Virus record (IMG/VR): IMGVR_UViG_3300020059_000002
Coordinates: 157 to 64,156 of that record
Strand: one strand, 5' to 3'
DNA length: 64,000 bases
Origin: a virus
Part shown: positions 1 through 8,861 of the stretch, in pieces
How positions within the stretch are numbered: the first letter of the stretch is position 1
Layout of the letters: each line of letters starts with the position of its first letter
Made by a program: the position numbers and the translations under genes
Notes under the pieces: generated by a model
Told to the model about the DNA's origin: nothing
What the model saw: only the letters and a program-made list of their open reading frames with translations
Database searches by the model: none

Positions 1-1
1 G

Positions 2-559
2 AAGAACATCAGCAAGTGGTGGAACACGGGCCTGGCTCTCGCAGCTGCGGATGCGGCGGTCAGGGGGAAGAGCGAGTGGAACGTCATCGTCATGAACGAC
101 GACGTGATCGCCCCGTCCCACCTGTCAGCGGCCCTGGATGTCGCTATGAGGGGAGACGGACCGGAGGACGGAGACGACATTCTCAGTCTCATGCGCAAGG
201 AACGCAACCGGCTCTTCCCGGACGTCCGGCCCACCCTGGTCTATCCGAACGCATTCAGCGATGCGTGGGTCCTGGTCACGGATCCCGCCACGGTGGACGT
301 GTACACCAGGATCACCGGATGGTGCTTCATGCTCCGGGGAGAGGACTGGCTCTTCGCAGACCCCCGGCTCAAATGGTGGTTCAGCGACAACCAGATCGAC
401 CAGGAAGCCCGTCTGCGGGGCGGATCGATGTGCGTTCCCGGATGCCAGGTCGAGCACCTTCATCCGAACCATCTGACATCGGTCAGCCCTGAACTCACCG
501 CACAGACGCACGTGGACCGGGAGACGTTTCTCCGTACCTGGGGACACACCGCTCACTGA
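2..559 (+). CDS. Glycosyltransferase family 2-like protein, 5' truncated by window edge
   Basis: Frame is open from position 2 (KNISKWWNTG...VIVMNDDV). Contains NDD motif, ITGWCFMLRG and WWFSDN typical of GT-A enzymes; heads a GT cluster. Confidence 0.7.
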   Translation, partial: KNISKWWNTGLALAAADAAVRGKSEWNVIVMNDDVIAPSHLSAALDVAMRGDGPEDGDDILSLMRKERNRLFPDVRPTLVYPNAFSDAWVLVTDPATVDVYTRITGWCFMLRGEDWLFADPRLKWWFSDNQIDQEARLRGGSMCVPGCQVEHLHPNHLTSVSPELTAQTHVDRETFLRTWGHTAH

Positions 560-574
560 CTGGAAAGAGGAACA

Positions 575-1414
575 GTGAAAATAGCTGTAACAGGAGGGGC
601 GGGCTTCCTCGGGAGAGCCGCCATCCACGCTGCGCACGTTGCCGGGCACGATGCATGGGCATTTGATCACAGTCTGGGGAACGACGTCCTGGGGGATCTC
701 CGTCAGCTCTGTCTCAGTCCGTCCATGAAGCCGGACACCGTCATCCACCTGGCTGGGGTACTGGGGACGGCCGAACTGTTCGACGACGTGGAGCGCGCCA
801 TCGAGGTGAACGTCACGGGAGCCTTCCGGGTCCTGGACTGGTGCGTGAAGAACGGAGCCGGGTACGTCGGGATCACGATGCCCCCGGTGTTTCCCAGCGT
901 GTACACCGCGACGAAGATCGCTGCGGACCGTCTCGCCACCGCGTACCACCACGCTCATCAGCTTCCCGTGTCCCGTGTCCGCGCCTACAACGCGTACGGT
1001 CCGGGGCAGGCGTTCGGGCCTGGACACCCTCAGAAGATCATCCCCACGTTCGCTGTCCACGGATGGAGGAACGAGCCCATCCCGGTCTGGGGTGACGGTG
1101 AGCAGATCGTGGACCTGATCCACGCGGAAGACATCGGCCGGATGCTGGTGGACGCAGCCGGGTACGGCGATGACACGGTATTCGACGCAGGTACTGCTAC
1201 TCCGGTCACAGTCAACGAGGTGGCTCACCGGGTCATCGACATGACGGGCTCCACAGCCGGAATCCTGCACCTCCCGATGCGGAAGGGTGAGACGGATTCC
1301 AGGACCCTCGCCGCCGCGACCGGGACAGGGTGGTCACGTCTCGACTGGAAGCCACAGCTGAACTGGGACCGCGTGGAGGACACCGTGCGCTGGTACCGGC
1401 AGGTGTCCGGATGA
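575..1414 (+). CDS. NAD-dependent epimerase/dehydratase (extended SDR)
   Basis: N-terminal VTGGAGFLG Rossmann motif, YxxxK (YTATK), RxYNAYGP, WGDGEQxxDLIH. Confidence 0.92.
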   Translation: MKIAVTGGAGFLGRAAIHAAHVAGHDAWAFDHSLGNDVLGDLRQLCLSPSMKPDTVIHLAGVLGTAELFDDVERAIEVNVTGAFRVLDWCVKNGAGYVGITMPPVFPSVYTATKIAADRLATAYHHAHQLPVSRVRAYNAYGPGQAFGPGHPQKIIPTFAVHGWRNEPIPVWGDGEQIVDLIHAEDIGRMLVDAAGYGDDTVFDAGTATPVTVNEVAHRVIDMTGSTAGILHLPMRKGETDSRTLAAATGTGWSRLDWKPQLNWDRVEDTVRWYRQVSG

Positions 1415-2115
1415 GCCCTCAGGAGACACCAGAACCGACCGTCACGATCATCACCAGTGTCACGGACGGGTACGACACGCTGAAGCGGACCCTCCCCCAG
1501 ATCGGGGTGAGCGTCGAATGGATCGCGGTGACGGACGGGAGAGAGGAACGGGAACCAGACCATGGCTGGACAGTCTTCCCGGTGAACGACACGTACTGGG
1601 GTGAAGAGGATCTGTCCCACCCGAACAGGATAGCGAAGATCGTCAAGTGTAAGCCGTATCTCTACGCCAGTTCTCCGTACACGATCTGGATCGACGCTTC
1701 GTACCGGGTCACATCTCCTCTCTTCGCTTTCGAGGCGATCGGATTCGCGAATCCCATCGCGCAGTTCGTGCATCCCTGGAGGTCGTGCATTTTTGAAGAG
1801 GCAGCAGCGTCCGTCAACCTTCCCAGGTATGAGGGCCAGGCAGAGAAGATCAGAGAGCAGTCTGCCGAGTACAGCCAGATCGGACATCCCCCGAACTGGG
1901 GACTATGGGCCACAGGAGTGATCGTAAGGAAGTACACGTCCGAGGTTCAGGAGATGGGTCTTCAGTGGCTGAGGGAGATCCGCAGGCACTCCTATCAGGA
2001 CCAGGTCAGCCAGCCGGTATCCCTGCGTATGTGCGACCTGAGGCCGAACCCCCTCCCGGGGAACCACATCCAGAACCCATGGCTGAAGTACGAGGGGAGC
2101 GCGAGGCACGGATGA
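1411..2115 (+). CDS. DUF616/MUCI70-like glycosyltransferase
   Basis: ATGA overlap with upstream stop; IITSVTDGYD, IWIDAS, HPWRSCIFEE, QDQVS motifs. Confidence 0.7.
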   Translation: MSPQETPEPTVTIITSVTDGYDTLKRTLPQIGVSVEWIAVTDGREEREPDHGWTVFPVNDTYWGEEDLSHPNRIAKIVKCKPYLYASSPYTIWIDASYRVTSPLFAFEAIGFANPIAQFVHPWRSCIFEEAAASVNLPRYEGQAEKIREQSAEYSQIGHPPNWGLWATGVIVRKYTSEVQEMGLQWLREIRRHSYQDQVSQPVSLRMCDLRPNPLPGNHIQNPWLKYEGSARHG

Positions 2116-2585
2116 CCAGCATCGAAATCGGCGGAGGAACCCTCACCCAGCCCGGATGGGTCAACCTGGACAGCCGGAACGGGTCCCCGGGCTGGGAACG
2201 GGAAGCTCAGGAGACTCCGTGGCCGACCCCGGACAGCACAGTCGATCACATCCTCGCGTCGCACATCCTGGAGCACGTCCCCGCCGGGCAGGAGCGCATC
2301 GACATCTTCAACGAGGCCTGGAGGGTACTGAAGCCGGGCGGACGGTTCGAGGTGAAGCTTCCCCTGCTGATCACGGAGAACGGCCTGCCCTCCTGGCACA
2401 GCATCGCGGACCCCACTCACGTCAGCTTCTGGTGCAGGGAGTCGTTCCACTACTTCTGCGTCACCCCGTCCGGGACGTTCGTGTTCGCCGCGAACGCGGA
2501 CTACGGGATCAGGCCGTGGCGGGAAGTGCACTGGTCCTTCAACTCCGGATTCGAAGGCCACTGGATAGGAGAACCCGCGAAATGA
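2112..2585 (+). CDS. Class I SAM-dependent methyltransferase (type 11-like)
   Basis: IEIGGG motif I, ASHILEH, EAWRVLKPGG, DPTH; ATGA coupling. Confidence 0.88.
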   Translation: MTSIEIGGGTLTQPGWVNLDSRNGSPGWEREAQETPWPTPDSTVDHILASHILEHVPAGQERIDIFNEAWRVLKPGGRFEVKLPLLITENGLPSWHSIADPTHVSFWCRESFHYFCVTPSGTFVFAANADYGIRPWREVHWSFNSGFEGHWIGEPAK

Positions 2586-3190
2586 TCTATATGCCCCGTG
2601 TGACCGCATGCATTCCTAGCATCCCTCCCCGAGGCCGTACCACACTCCCTCGTGCGCTGGATTCCGTGCTCCGTCAGGATCATCCCGTGGACGCTGTCAG
2701 CATCGCTGTCGACCACCTTCACGAAGGGGCGGCCATCACCAGAAACCGTGCTCTCGCGGGCGTGACGACCGAGTACGTGGCCTTCTTGGACGACGATGAC
2801 ACCTGGCGCCCGTCCCATATCGGATCTCTTCTGGAGGCAGCAGAGGGGACCTGTGCGGACGTGATCTATCCGTGGTTCACCGTGATCTCCGGATGGGATC
2901 CTCTCGCAGAGTTCGAGGGGCGCCCGTTCAACGAGAGGGCGATGCGCGAGAGCCAGAACTTCGTCCCGGTGACCGTGCTCGCGCGGACCGACCTGGTGAA
3001 GTCGGTCGGAGGATTCGAGGATCGGAACAAGAGCACGGAACCAGGAGCAAGTCCGTGCGACGAGTGGGGCCTATGGATCAAGCTCCTGGACGCAGGCGCC
3101 ACGTTCCATCACCTGAACAAGCGCACGTGGTCCTGGTTTTGGCATAGCGACGGTGGAGGCAACACCTCGGGGAGAGGAGACAGGTGGTGA
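2582..3190 (+). CDS. Glycosyltransferase family 2
   Basis: IPSIP, RALDSV, GAAITRNRAL, FLDDDD DxD motif, DEWGLW; ATGA coupling at 2582. Confidence 0.88.
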   Translation: MIYMPRVTACIPSIPPRGRTTLPRALDSVLRQDHPVDAVSIAVDHLHEGAAITRNRALAGVTTEYVAFLDDDDTWRPSHIGSLLEAAEGTCADVIYPWFTVISGWDPLAEFEGRPFNERAMRESQNFVPVTVLARTDLVKSVGGFEDRNKSTEPGASPCDEWGLWIKLLDAGATFHHLNKRTWSWFWHSDGGGNTSGRGDRW

Positions 3191-3312
3191 TCTTTCGATT
3201 CATCGAACGAACCTGGTGGACCCTGGTTCCGCACCCGTTCGTCAGCCAGAGCCAGTTCGCATCGGCCATCTGTGGTCGGTGCGGGTTCCAGCACCTGAGG
3301 AAGTGGTGGTGA
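3187..3312 (+). CDS. Small hypothetical protein (41 aa, CxxC)
   Basis: GTGA overlap with upstream stop; MIFRFIERTWW...CGRCGFQHLRKWW; its stop overlaps the next ATG. Confidence 0.45.
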   Translation: MIFRFIERTWWTLVPHPFVSQSQFASAICGRCGFQHLRKWW

Positions 3313-3515
3313 TGAGCACGATCCTGCGATGGACGTCTTCCGTCCGTGCTCTCCGGCACCTCAAGCGTCACTGGAAAGTGATCACTGCCCGGGACTTCAA
3401 CCTGGAAATCCGGGACAGGAGATGGACCGGTCACATCGGACGGACCAACGCTGCCACTCCGAGCTGTGGATGCCAGGAGTGCACGCGGGCCCGGTTCAAC
3501 ATGAAGGTGACGTGA
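3312..3515 (+). CDS. Hypothetical protein
   Basis: TGATG coupling; MSTILRW...CGCQECTRARFNMKVT. Confidence 0.5.
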   Translation: MSTILRWTSSVRALRHLKRHWKVITARDFNLEIRDRRWTGHIGRTNAATPSCGCQECTRARFNMKVT

Positions 3516-3517
3516 CC

Positions 3518-4186
3518 ATGGGACAGCACAAGAGGAACAAGGGTCAGAGCAGACTCACCGTCGCGGTATGTATCCCCTCAATACCAGGCCGGGAGACGGA
3601 CCTGATGCGCGCCGAACTCAGCGTGATGGAGCAGACACGTCAGCCGGATCAGCTCCTGGTCGAACTGGACACGGAGCGGACAGGAGCCGCCGCAACCCGC
3701 AACCGCCTCCTTGACCGCGTCGAGACGGACGTCATCGCGTGGCTCGACGACGACGATTTTTTCGAGAAGGAGCACCTCAGGATCTGTATGCGCGTCATGG
3801 AGCAGAGTCCGTTCCGCCCGGTCCTGGTCTATCCCGCCCCTCACATGGTCAACGGCAGAGACCCTACTGCTGTGTCCTATCAAGGAAAGTTTCCGGTGAG
3901 CCCGTGGGGCCTTAGGTTCGACTCGGAGATGGCCTCGCACATCAAGTACGCCGGATCATTCATCCCGATGACTCATCTGGTCCGGACAGCTGCCGTCCGG
4001 GCAGCGGGCGGGTTCCCTGAGGGCCGGACACTTCCGGATGGCAGGTACCAGGGCGAAGACGAGCGGTACCTGATCGGTCTCCTGGACAAGGGGTACGGCT
4101 TCGAGCACATCAACCGGCGTACCTGGTTCTGGAACGTCAACCCCCGGTCCACGGCAGGGAAGGGTTCTGGACAGAACATGGACTAG
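3518..4186 (+). CDS. Glycosyltransferase family 2 (paralog of 2582-3190)
   Basis: VCIPSIPGR, GAAATRNRLL, WLDDDD, GEDERY. Confidence 0.88.
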   Translation: MGQHKRNKGQSRLTVAVCIPSIPGRETDLMRAELSVMEQTRQPDQLLVELDTERTGAAATRNRLLDRVETDVIAWLDDDDFFEKEHLRICMRVMEQSPFRPVLVYPAPHMVNGRDPTAVSYQGKFPVSPWGLRFDSEMASHIKYAGSFIPMTHLVRTAAVRAAGGFPEGRTLPDGRYQGEDERYLIGLLDKGYGFEHINRRTWFWNVNPRSTAGKGSGQNMD

Positions 4187-4187
4187 A

Positions 4188-4253
4188 TGGACAGTCCGTC
4201 TCACATGGACTGTCCACAGCAGAGTTTGTCCCCCAGTCAGATGGACTGGGGGA
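4188..4253. promoter_or_regulatory. Inverted repeats upstream of transfer module
   Basis: TGGACAGTCC/GGACTGTCCA pair and GTCCCCCAGTC/GACTGGGGGAC hairpin. Confidence 0.45.
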
Positions 4254-4306
4254 CTTTCTTATGCTCCAATGGACAGATTGGACCGATCGAAAGATAGGAA
4301 GGGATC

Positions 4307-5368
4307 ATGGACAAGAAACGGACTGTCCGCACATGGACAGCGACCTTTGGACTGGTTGTCCCTGCGGCCATGGCTCTCGGCTTGTCCGCAGACACATCGT
4401 TCCGGTTCATGGGTGACAGGCTGGACATCACGAATCTCGTCGAACGAAGCGTTCTGTGCGGCACAGCTGAAGCCTCCATCGTGGCCCTGTGCCTGTACAC
4501 ATGGGCCACGGGGACGAAGGGAGCTGCCCGGCTGGCCTACGCGGCGGTACTGATTCAGTCGGTACCTGCGTTCGAGGTATCCGGGAGCTACGGAGGGATG
4601 ATCAGAATTGCCCTGGGTCCCGTTCTCCTGGCAGTGCTCCTTCATCTGTTGCTGGGCCTTGAACTGCGGATTTCCCGTCAGAAGACCTCTGGAGTCCTCT
4701 CTGCCGTCATGCGGGAGGCGAAGGAACGGCTTATCGCCTACTTCGGCCTTGGACGCAGAGGAGAGGATTCAGCGGCCATCGCGCGCAGCAGGGCCGCTGA
4801 CCGTGCAGTCTCCCTCGCTGACAAGGTAGAGGCCGCAAAGGACGGGTCACGTCGTTACCACAGGCTCAGAGCGCTTCTGGCCGACGCCATCGACAGAGCC
4901 AGGCACGGCCTTGACGACGCGGACGCGTGTGCCGCTGAGACGTCGGTCGTTGATCGCGTGGTCCGCAGGAAGTCAGTAGCCGCTCTCGCGACGATCGAGG
5001 CTTCCCACAACTGGACACCGTCCGGCCCTGTCTTCAAGTCGCCTGGACAGAAGGAGTCCAAGCTGCCCAAGTCCTCTGTCCGTCCGGTGTCCACTCCAGA
5101 CGGACTGTCCGGTATGGACACAGCGCCTACAGCTAACAGCGTGTCCACTTCAGACGGACTGTCCGGCCTGGACACGGCTCTTCCAGTCCGCCGTGTGTCC
5201 AACGGGTCCATGAGGTCATTTGCACTGTCCATTCTGGCGGACAGTCCGGATACGGCTGACGATGATCTGCGGACAGCGATCTTGGACAAGTTCGGACAGG
5301 ACAGCAAACCCAACACGGTGTGGCGCTCCATCAAGAGGGCGCGAGAGGACATGGAGAAAACAGCATGA
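4307..5368 (+). CDS. Spd-like (plasmid spread) membrane protein
   Basis: N-terminal TM segments (RIALGPVLLAVLLHLLLGLELR), helical middle, internal repeat VSTxDGLSGxDTA; first gene of the operon containing the traB-like ATPase. Confidence 0.55.
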   Translation: MDKKRTVRTWTATFGLVVPAAMALGLSADTSFRFMGDRLDITNLVERSVLCGTAEASIVALCLYTWATGTKGAARLAYAAVLIQSVPAFEVSGSYGGMIRIALGPVLLAVLLHLLLGLELRISRQKTSGVLSAVMREAKERLIAYFGLGRRGEDSAAIARSRAADRAVSLADKVEAAKDGSRRYHRLRALLADAIDRARHGLDDADACAAETSVVDRVVRRKSVAALATIEASHNWTPSGPVFKSPGQKESKLPKSSVRPVSTPDGLSGMDTAPTANSVSTSDGLSGLDTALPVRRVSNGSMRSFALSILADSPDTADDDLRTAILDKFGQDSKPNTVWRSIKRAREDMEKTA

Positions 5369-5880
5369 TCAGTTTTGTGTACTTGATCGGTCCGGAACCC
5401 GACTACCCCGGATCTCTGATCAAGATCGGAGTAACGACCGACCTTCAGAAGAGACTTCAGACGTTCCAGAGCGGGTCTCCTCTTCCACTGGCAGTGAAGT
5501 GGGCAGTCCCCGGAGACCGGTCTCTCGAACTGTGGCTACACCAGGAATTCTCATCTGAACGTCGACATGGAGAATGGTTCGATCTTGGCCCAGATCCGAT
5601 CGAAACGATTCAGGAAAAGGTAGGGCCTTACCTGATCAATGTGGTGTTGTCGCAGGTCGGAGCGTTTCCGATCACGGTTAGCGCGGAAGATCCGATCCAA
5701 GGGGATCTTGACTCTGACGACCTCGATTCGATCGAAACTCCAGAGGACCAGGGACTGACAATTCCCCAGATTGCGGAGCTGACGGGGATACCGGCATCGA
5801 CTCTTCGGACCTGGAAGCACAGGGGTCATACAGACAGGATCATGACTGCGGTAAGAAACGGGATGAGGCAGGCGTCATGA
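5365..5880 (+). CDS. GIY-YIG/T5orf172-like protein with C-terminal HTH
   Basis: FVYLIG...IKIGVTTDLQKRLQTFQSGSP...RRHGEWF; LTIPQIAELTGIPASTLRTW HTH; ATGA coupling. Confidence 0.8.
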   Translation: MISFVYLIGPEPDYPGSLIKIGVTTDLQKRLQTFQSGSPLPLAVKWAVPGDRSLELWLHQEFSSERRHGEWFDLGPDPIETIQEKVGPYLINVVLSQVGAFPITVSAEDPIQGDLDSDDLDSIETPEDQGLTIPQIAELTGIPASTLRTWKHRGHTDRIMTAVRNGMRQAS

Positions 5881-7835
5881 GCAAGGGCAACATCAAAGAG
5901 GAATCCGTCAAGACGGAGATCAAGAGGGGTGCTCCCTGGCAGCACAGGGTTCAGCCCTTTCTCACGCCCTGGCTGGTCATGGTCTTCGTGTTCCTGGTCA
6001 GCCTGATCACCCACTGGCAGGCGAACGGGCCCGTTGCCCTCGTCTTCCTGACTCTCATGGCGCCCGGTCTCGGGGCTGTGACCTGGAAGACCTGGGACAG
6101 GCGCCATGATCACGCCCGGAACTCAGCCACGGCGTTCGTGACCGGAATGGGGGTCTGGCTGGCTCTGGCCACCGCAGTGGGCCCGCTCACTGACCCCATG
6201 ATCTGGTCCATGGTCTTCGGGGGGTCGTTCCTCTGCCTGACCTGGAACATCCGGCACGCAGGGATCACTCCGACGAACAAGCACGACGGTGTGAAAACGG
6301 GCCCCGTGGACGCTGTGAGCCAGATCAGAGGCCTGAAGAACACAGTGACAGGAAAGGTCAAGACGATCACAGATGACATCGGCGCCCGCGCAGAAGTGAT
6401 CCTGAACCATCCTGGTGGGAAGAACACCACGTCGGACGTGAAGGCCCACCGGGAGAACATCGCAGGTCTCTACGGAGTGGAGACCGCCTCCGTCAAGGTG
6501 TCAGAGCACAAGGGCGGACAGTCCAAGGTCACTGTCCGGCTGACCAATCCGACCACGGACGTTGTCCTGTATCCAGGACTGTCCGCTCCTGGGAAGTCCA
6601 TCACCGCCAGGACACTGCGGACAGGCGTCCGTGAGGACGGACAGGAGTCCGGACACTGGATCACCGGGAACGATGAGGACAGCCGCGCCGCGTCCGCGAC
6701 TCTGTACACCGGGATGACGGGAGCAGGGAAGACCGAGGCGTTCATCCTGGCAGTGCTGGAGATGATCAGCAGGACAGACTGTGCTCCGCCAGTCGTCGCG
6801 GACGCCGAGAAGTTCATGCTGTCGTTCGGACACGTCATGGACGTCTTTGATCTCGCAGCGGACGGACCTGCGCAGACGTCCCAGCTGATCAGCAACCTTC
6901 CTGAGGCCATGCGGTACCGGGCGCGGCTGCTCGGCTCCCTCGGGTTCCACAAGGGATGGGTCCCTGAGGCCTGGACCAAGCACCGGATCCCGGTCCAGCC
7001 GATCCATGTAGAGGAAGCGGCCGGGTACCTGGCTGGCTCTCCTGACTTCCAGAAAGCGATCATGCTGTGCCGCGCACTGGGCATGCCGATTTCGGCATCC
7101 TTGCAGGTCGCGGGGTACAAGCAGCTGGACAGGGCCACGCGCAGCCAGTTCGGGAACAGCCTGGCGTTCGGTGTCCGCGAGAAGCCCGACGCGGCGTTTG
7201 CCCTGCTGGACGAGACACTGCGCGCAGGTGCGGACCCGTCCAGGTGGGCGAACAACCATCCCGGACGGCACGTCGCTGAAGTCACGGGCGTTCCGTCCGA
7301 TCAGTGGCCGCTCACGCACCGGACCTTCAAGATCAGTGACGAGGAACTCCAGGCCACGATCGAGATGTGCCGGAACGCTGGCTGGGCACGGTGCGACGAA
7401 GGGACATTTGAGCTGCTCAGCATCGGTATCGAGCGTCCTCAGCGGATGAGTGTCCATGTCACCGACTGGAGCGAACTCGACACGGGCGAGAGAGACACCG
7501 TGACACTTTCGACCGCTCCGGTGGAGGACATCCGCCCTGCATTCCTGGAGGCCGTCCCTGCACCTGTGTTCGAGATGATCAAGGGAGGGGCCAACGACCA
7601 GCCGCCCCCGCCGGACGTCGCCCACAGCATGGTCGAAGGCCGGATCGAAGAGCTTGAGGAGTCCGGCGTCACGGAGCTGACCAAGGACGACTTCGAGGAT
7701 CTTCCTCTGGACCGTGACCGTACCTGGATCTTCGGGGAACTCCGCCGTCAGGTGAAGGCCGGACGGCTGGCGCGGGTCCCAGGGAAGGGAGCCAGATACA
7801 AGATCGTTCCGGAGGCCGAGCGCGAGGAACTGTGA
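5877..7835 (+). CDS. traB: TraB-like FtsK/SpoIIIE-type conjugative DNA translocase
   Basis: N-terminal TM helices, Walker A GMTGAGKT, Walker B-like IHVEEAA, ISASLQ, C-terminal winged-helix-like tail (WIFGELRRQVKAGRL); architecture of Streptomyces plasmid Tra proteins. Confidence 0.78.
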   Translation: MSKGNIKEESVKTEIKRGAPWQHRVQPFLTPWLVMVFVFLVSLITHWQANGPVALVFLTLMAPGLGAVTWKTWDRRHDHARNSATAFVTGMGVWLALATAVGPLTDPMIWSMVFGGSFLCLTWNIRHAGITPTNKHDGVKTGPVDAVSQIRGLKNTVTGKVKTITDDIGARAEVILNHPGGKNTTSDVKAHRENIAGLYGVETASVKVSEHKGGQSKVTVRLTNPTTDVVLYPGLSAPGKSITARTLRTGVREDGQESGHWITGNDEDSRAASATLYTGMTGAGKTEAFILAVLEMISRTDCAPPVVADAEKFMLSFGHVMDVFDLAADGPAQTSQLISNLPEAMRYRARLLGSLGFHKGWVPEAWTKHRIPVQPIHVEEAAGYLAGSPDFQKAIMLCRALGMPISASLQVAGYKQLDRATRSQFGNSLAFGVREKPDAAFALLDETLRAGADPSRWANNHPGRHVAEVTGVPSDQWPLTHRTFKISDEELQATIEMCRNAGWARCDEGTFELLSIGIERPQRMSVHVTDWSELDTGERDTVTLSTAPVEDIRPAFLEAVPAPVFEMIKGGANDQPPPPDVAHSMVEGRIEELEESGVTELTKDDFEDLPLDRDRTWIFGELRRQVKAGRLARVPGKGARYKIVPEAEREEL

Positions 7836-7838
7836 TCC

Positions 7839-7878
7839 ATAAGAGACCGGATGGCTATGCGGCCATCCGGTCTCTTAT
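7839..7878 (+). terminator. 17-bp perfect hairpin after traB
   Basis: ATAAGAGACCGGATGGC-TATGCG-GCCATCCGGTCTCTTAT. Confidence 0.7.
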
Positions 7879-8022
7879 GCGGTAACCATAAGTAAATATA
7901 AGAGAAGATACTGATACGTAGTGTAAGAAAAGCTCTGTACGGCTCTCTGACGAGATCCTTTGGTGTCCCTGGTACTGGGACACCAAGGGTAAGATCAAAA
8001 GAGTTTCCGCAGGTCAGAGCTT
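7875..8022. repeat. Dispersed repeat copy A (88-nt core plus CCGCAGGTCAGAGCTT)
   Basis: 7875-7962 matches 33467-33554 at 82/88 nt; 8004-8022 matches 33595-33613. Confidence 0.9.
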
Positions 8023-8069
8023 CATCAACTTCTATGGTCGAATCGGTGTGAGAGACTCACTGCATACAT

Positions 8070-8113
8070 GTGAAGAGCCCAGTGAAGCCCAGAGTGAAGC
8101 CCCCTGTGAAGCC
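8070..8113 (+). repeat. Four 8-bp direct repeats at 12-bp period (candidate clt/TraB-recognition locus)
   Basis: GTGAAGAG at 8070; GTGAAGCC at 8082, 8094 and 8106; directly downstream of traB. Confidence 0.6.
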
Positions 8114-8175
8114 ACCTTCACACCCCATTCCACCTAGCACTTCTCGCGGTACTCACCACTGACAGGAACAGGGAG

Positions 8176-8577
8176 ATGACCATGGACGAGATCGAGCGGT
8201 ACAGGGATCCGGGAGAGCGTCTCCCTGCCCTGATCGACTACCTGAAGAACGATCAGGTGGAGAGAGCGGTGAGGAGCGGGCAGCCGATCGTCAACATCAC
8301 GATCAATGAAGCGCCGCGTCCCGTGGCTGCCGAGCCGAAGCAGGATGTTGCGACCAAGTACGCGGGGCACATGATCCTTGCGACGTGGTCCCTGATCGTT
8401 CTCGCGGGAGTGGCCGTCGTGTTCGTCATGATCGCAGGAGCGCTGATGACCATGATGATCTCGCTCGCGGTCTGCGTGATCGCGATCGCCACTGCGGTGG
8501 GCTTCCTCCGCAGGTCGAAGGGCGAGTCCCAGGCTATGGAAGACGCGCGCGCATACGTGCGTACGCGTAAGGGATGA
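8176..8577 (+). CDS. Small two-TM membrane protein, Spd-like
   Basis: GGGAG RBS; two hydrophobic helices and a basic C-tail; downstream of traB. Confidence 0.65.
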   Translation: MTMDEIERYRDPGERLPALIDYLKNDQVERAVRSGQPIVNITINEAPRPVAAEPKQDVATKYAGHMILATWSLIVLAGVAVVFVMIAGALMTMMISLAVCVIAIATAVGFLRRSKGESQAMEDARAYVRTRKG

Positions 8578-8600
8578 GTAGATCAAGGCTGGACCAGGCA

Positions 8601-8631
8601 GGCCCCCTCGGTGATCCGAGGGGGCCTTTTT
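8601..8631 (+). terminator. Rho-independent terminator
   Basis: GGCCCCCTCGG-TGAT-CCGAGGGGGCC-TTTTT. Confidence 0.85.
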
Positions 8632-8861
8632 GATCTCCAGATTCACCAAAGTTCTTTGTATTGACTTTTGTCTACGGCCTTTGACCTGCGACGATGGACC
8701 ATGAGATCATTTGACATGTCTTGATCCCTGCTCTATCTTTGAACCAGAACGAAGAACAGAACAGCAGGGGCGGCAGGACAAGGAACCACCGCCTCAACAA
8801 CAGAAAAGCGGGAAGGCCGCCAGGGAAGAACCTCAGTACCTGGCCAACCCCCAGGAGCAAA

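Noticed and set aside
7945-8010. Hammerhead ribozyme (CTGA[C/T]GAG in both dispersed repeats)
   Set aside because: No GAAA core after stem II and no stem III/cleavage triplet in either copy.
8640-8740. Specific sigma-factor promoter calls (TTGACT, TTGACA hexamers)
   Set aside because: Plausible -35 boxes at the head of the early arm, but no convincing -10 at proper spacing could be assigned by eye.
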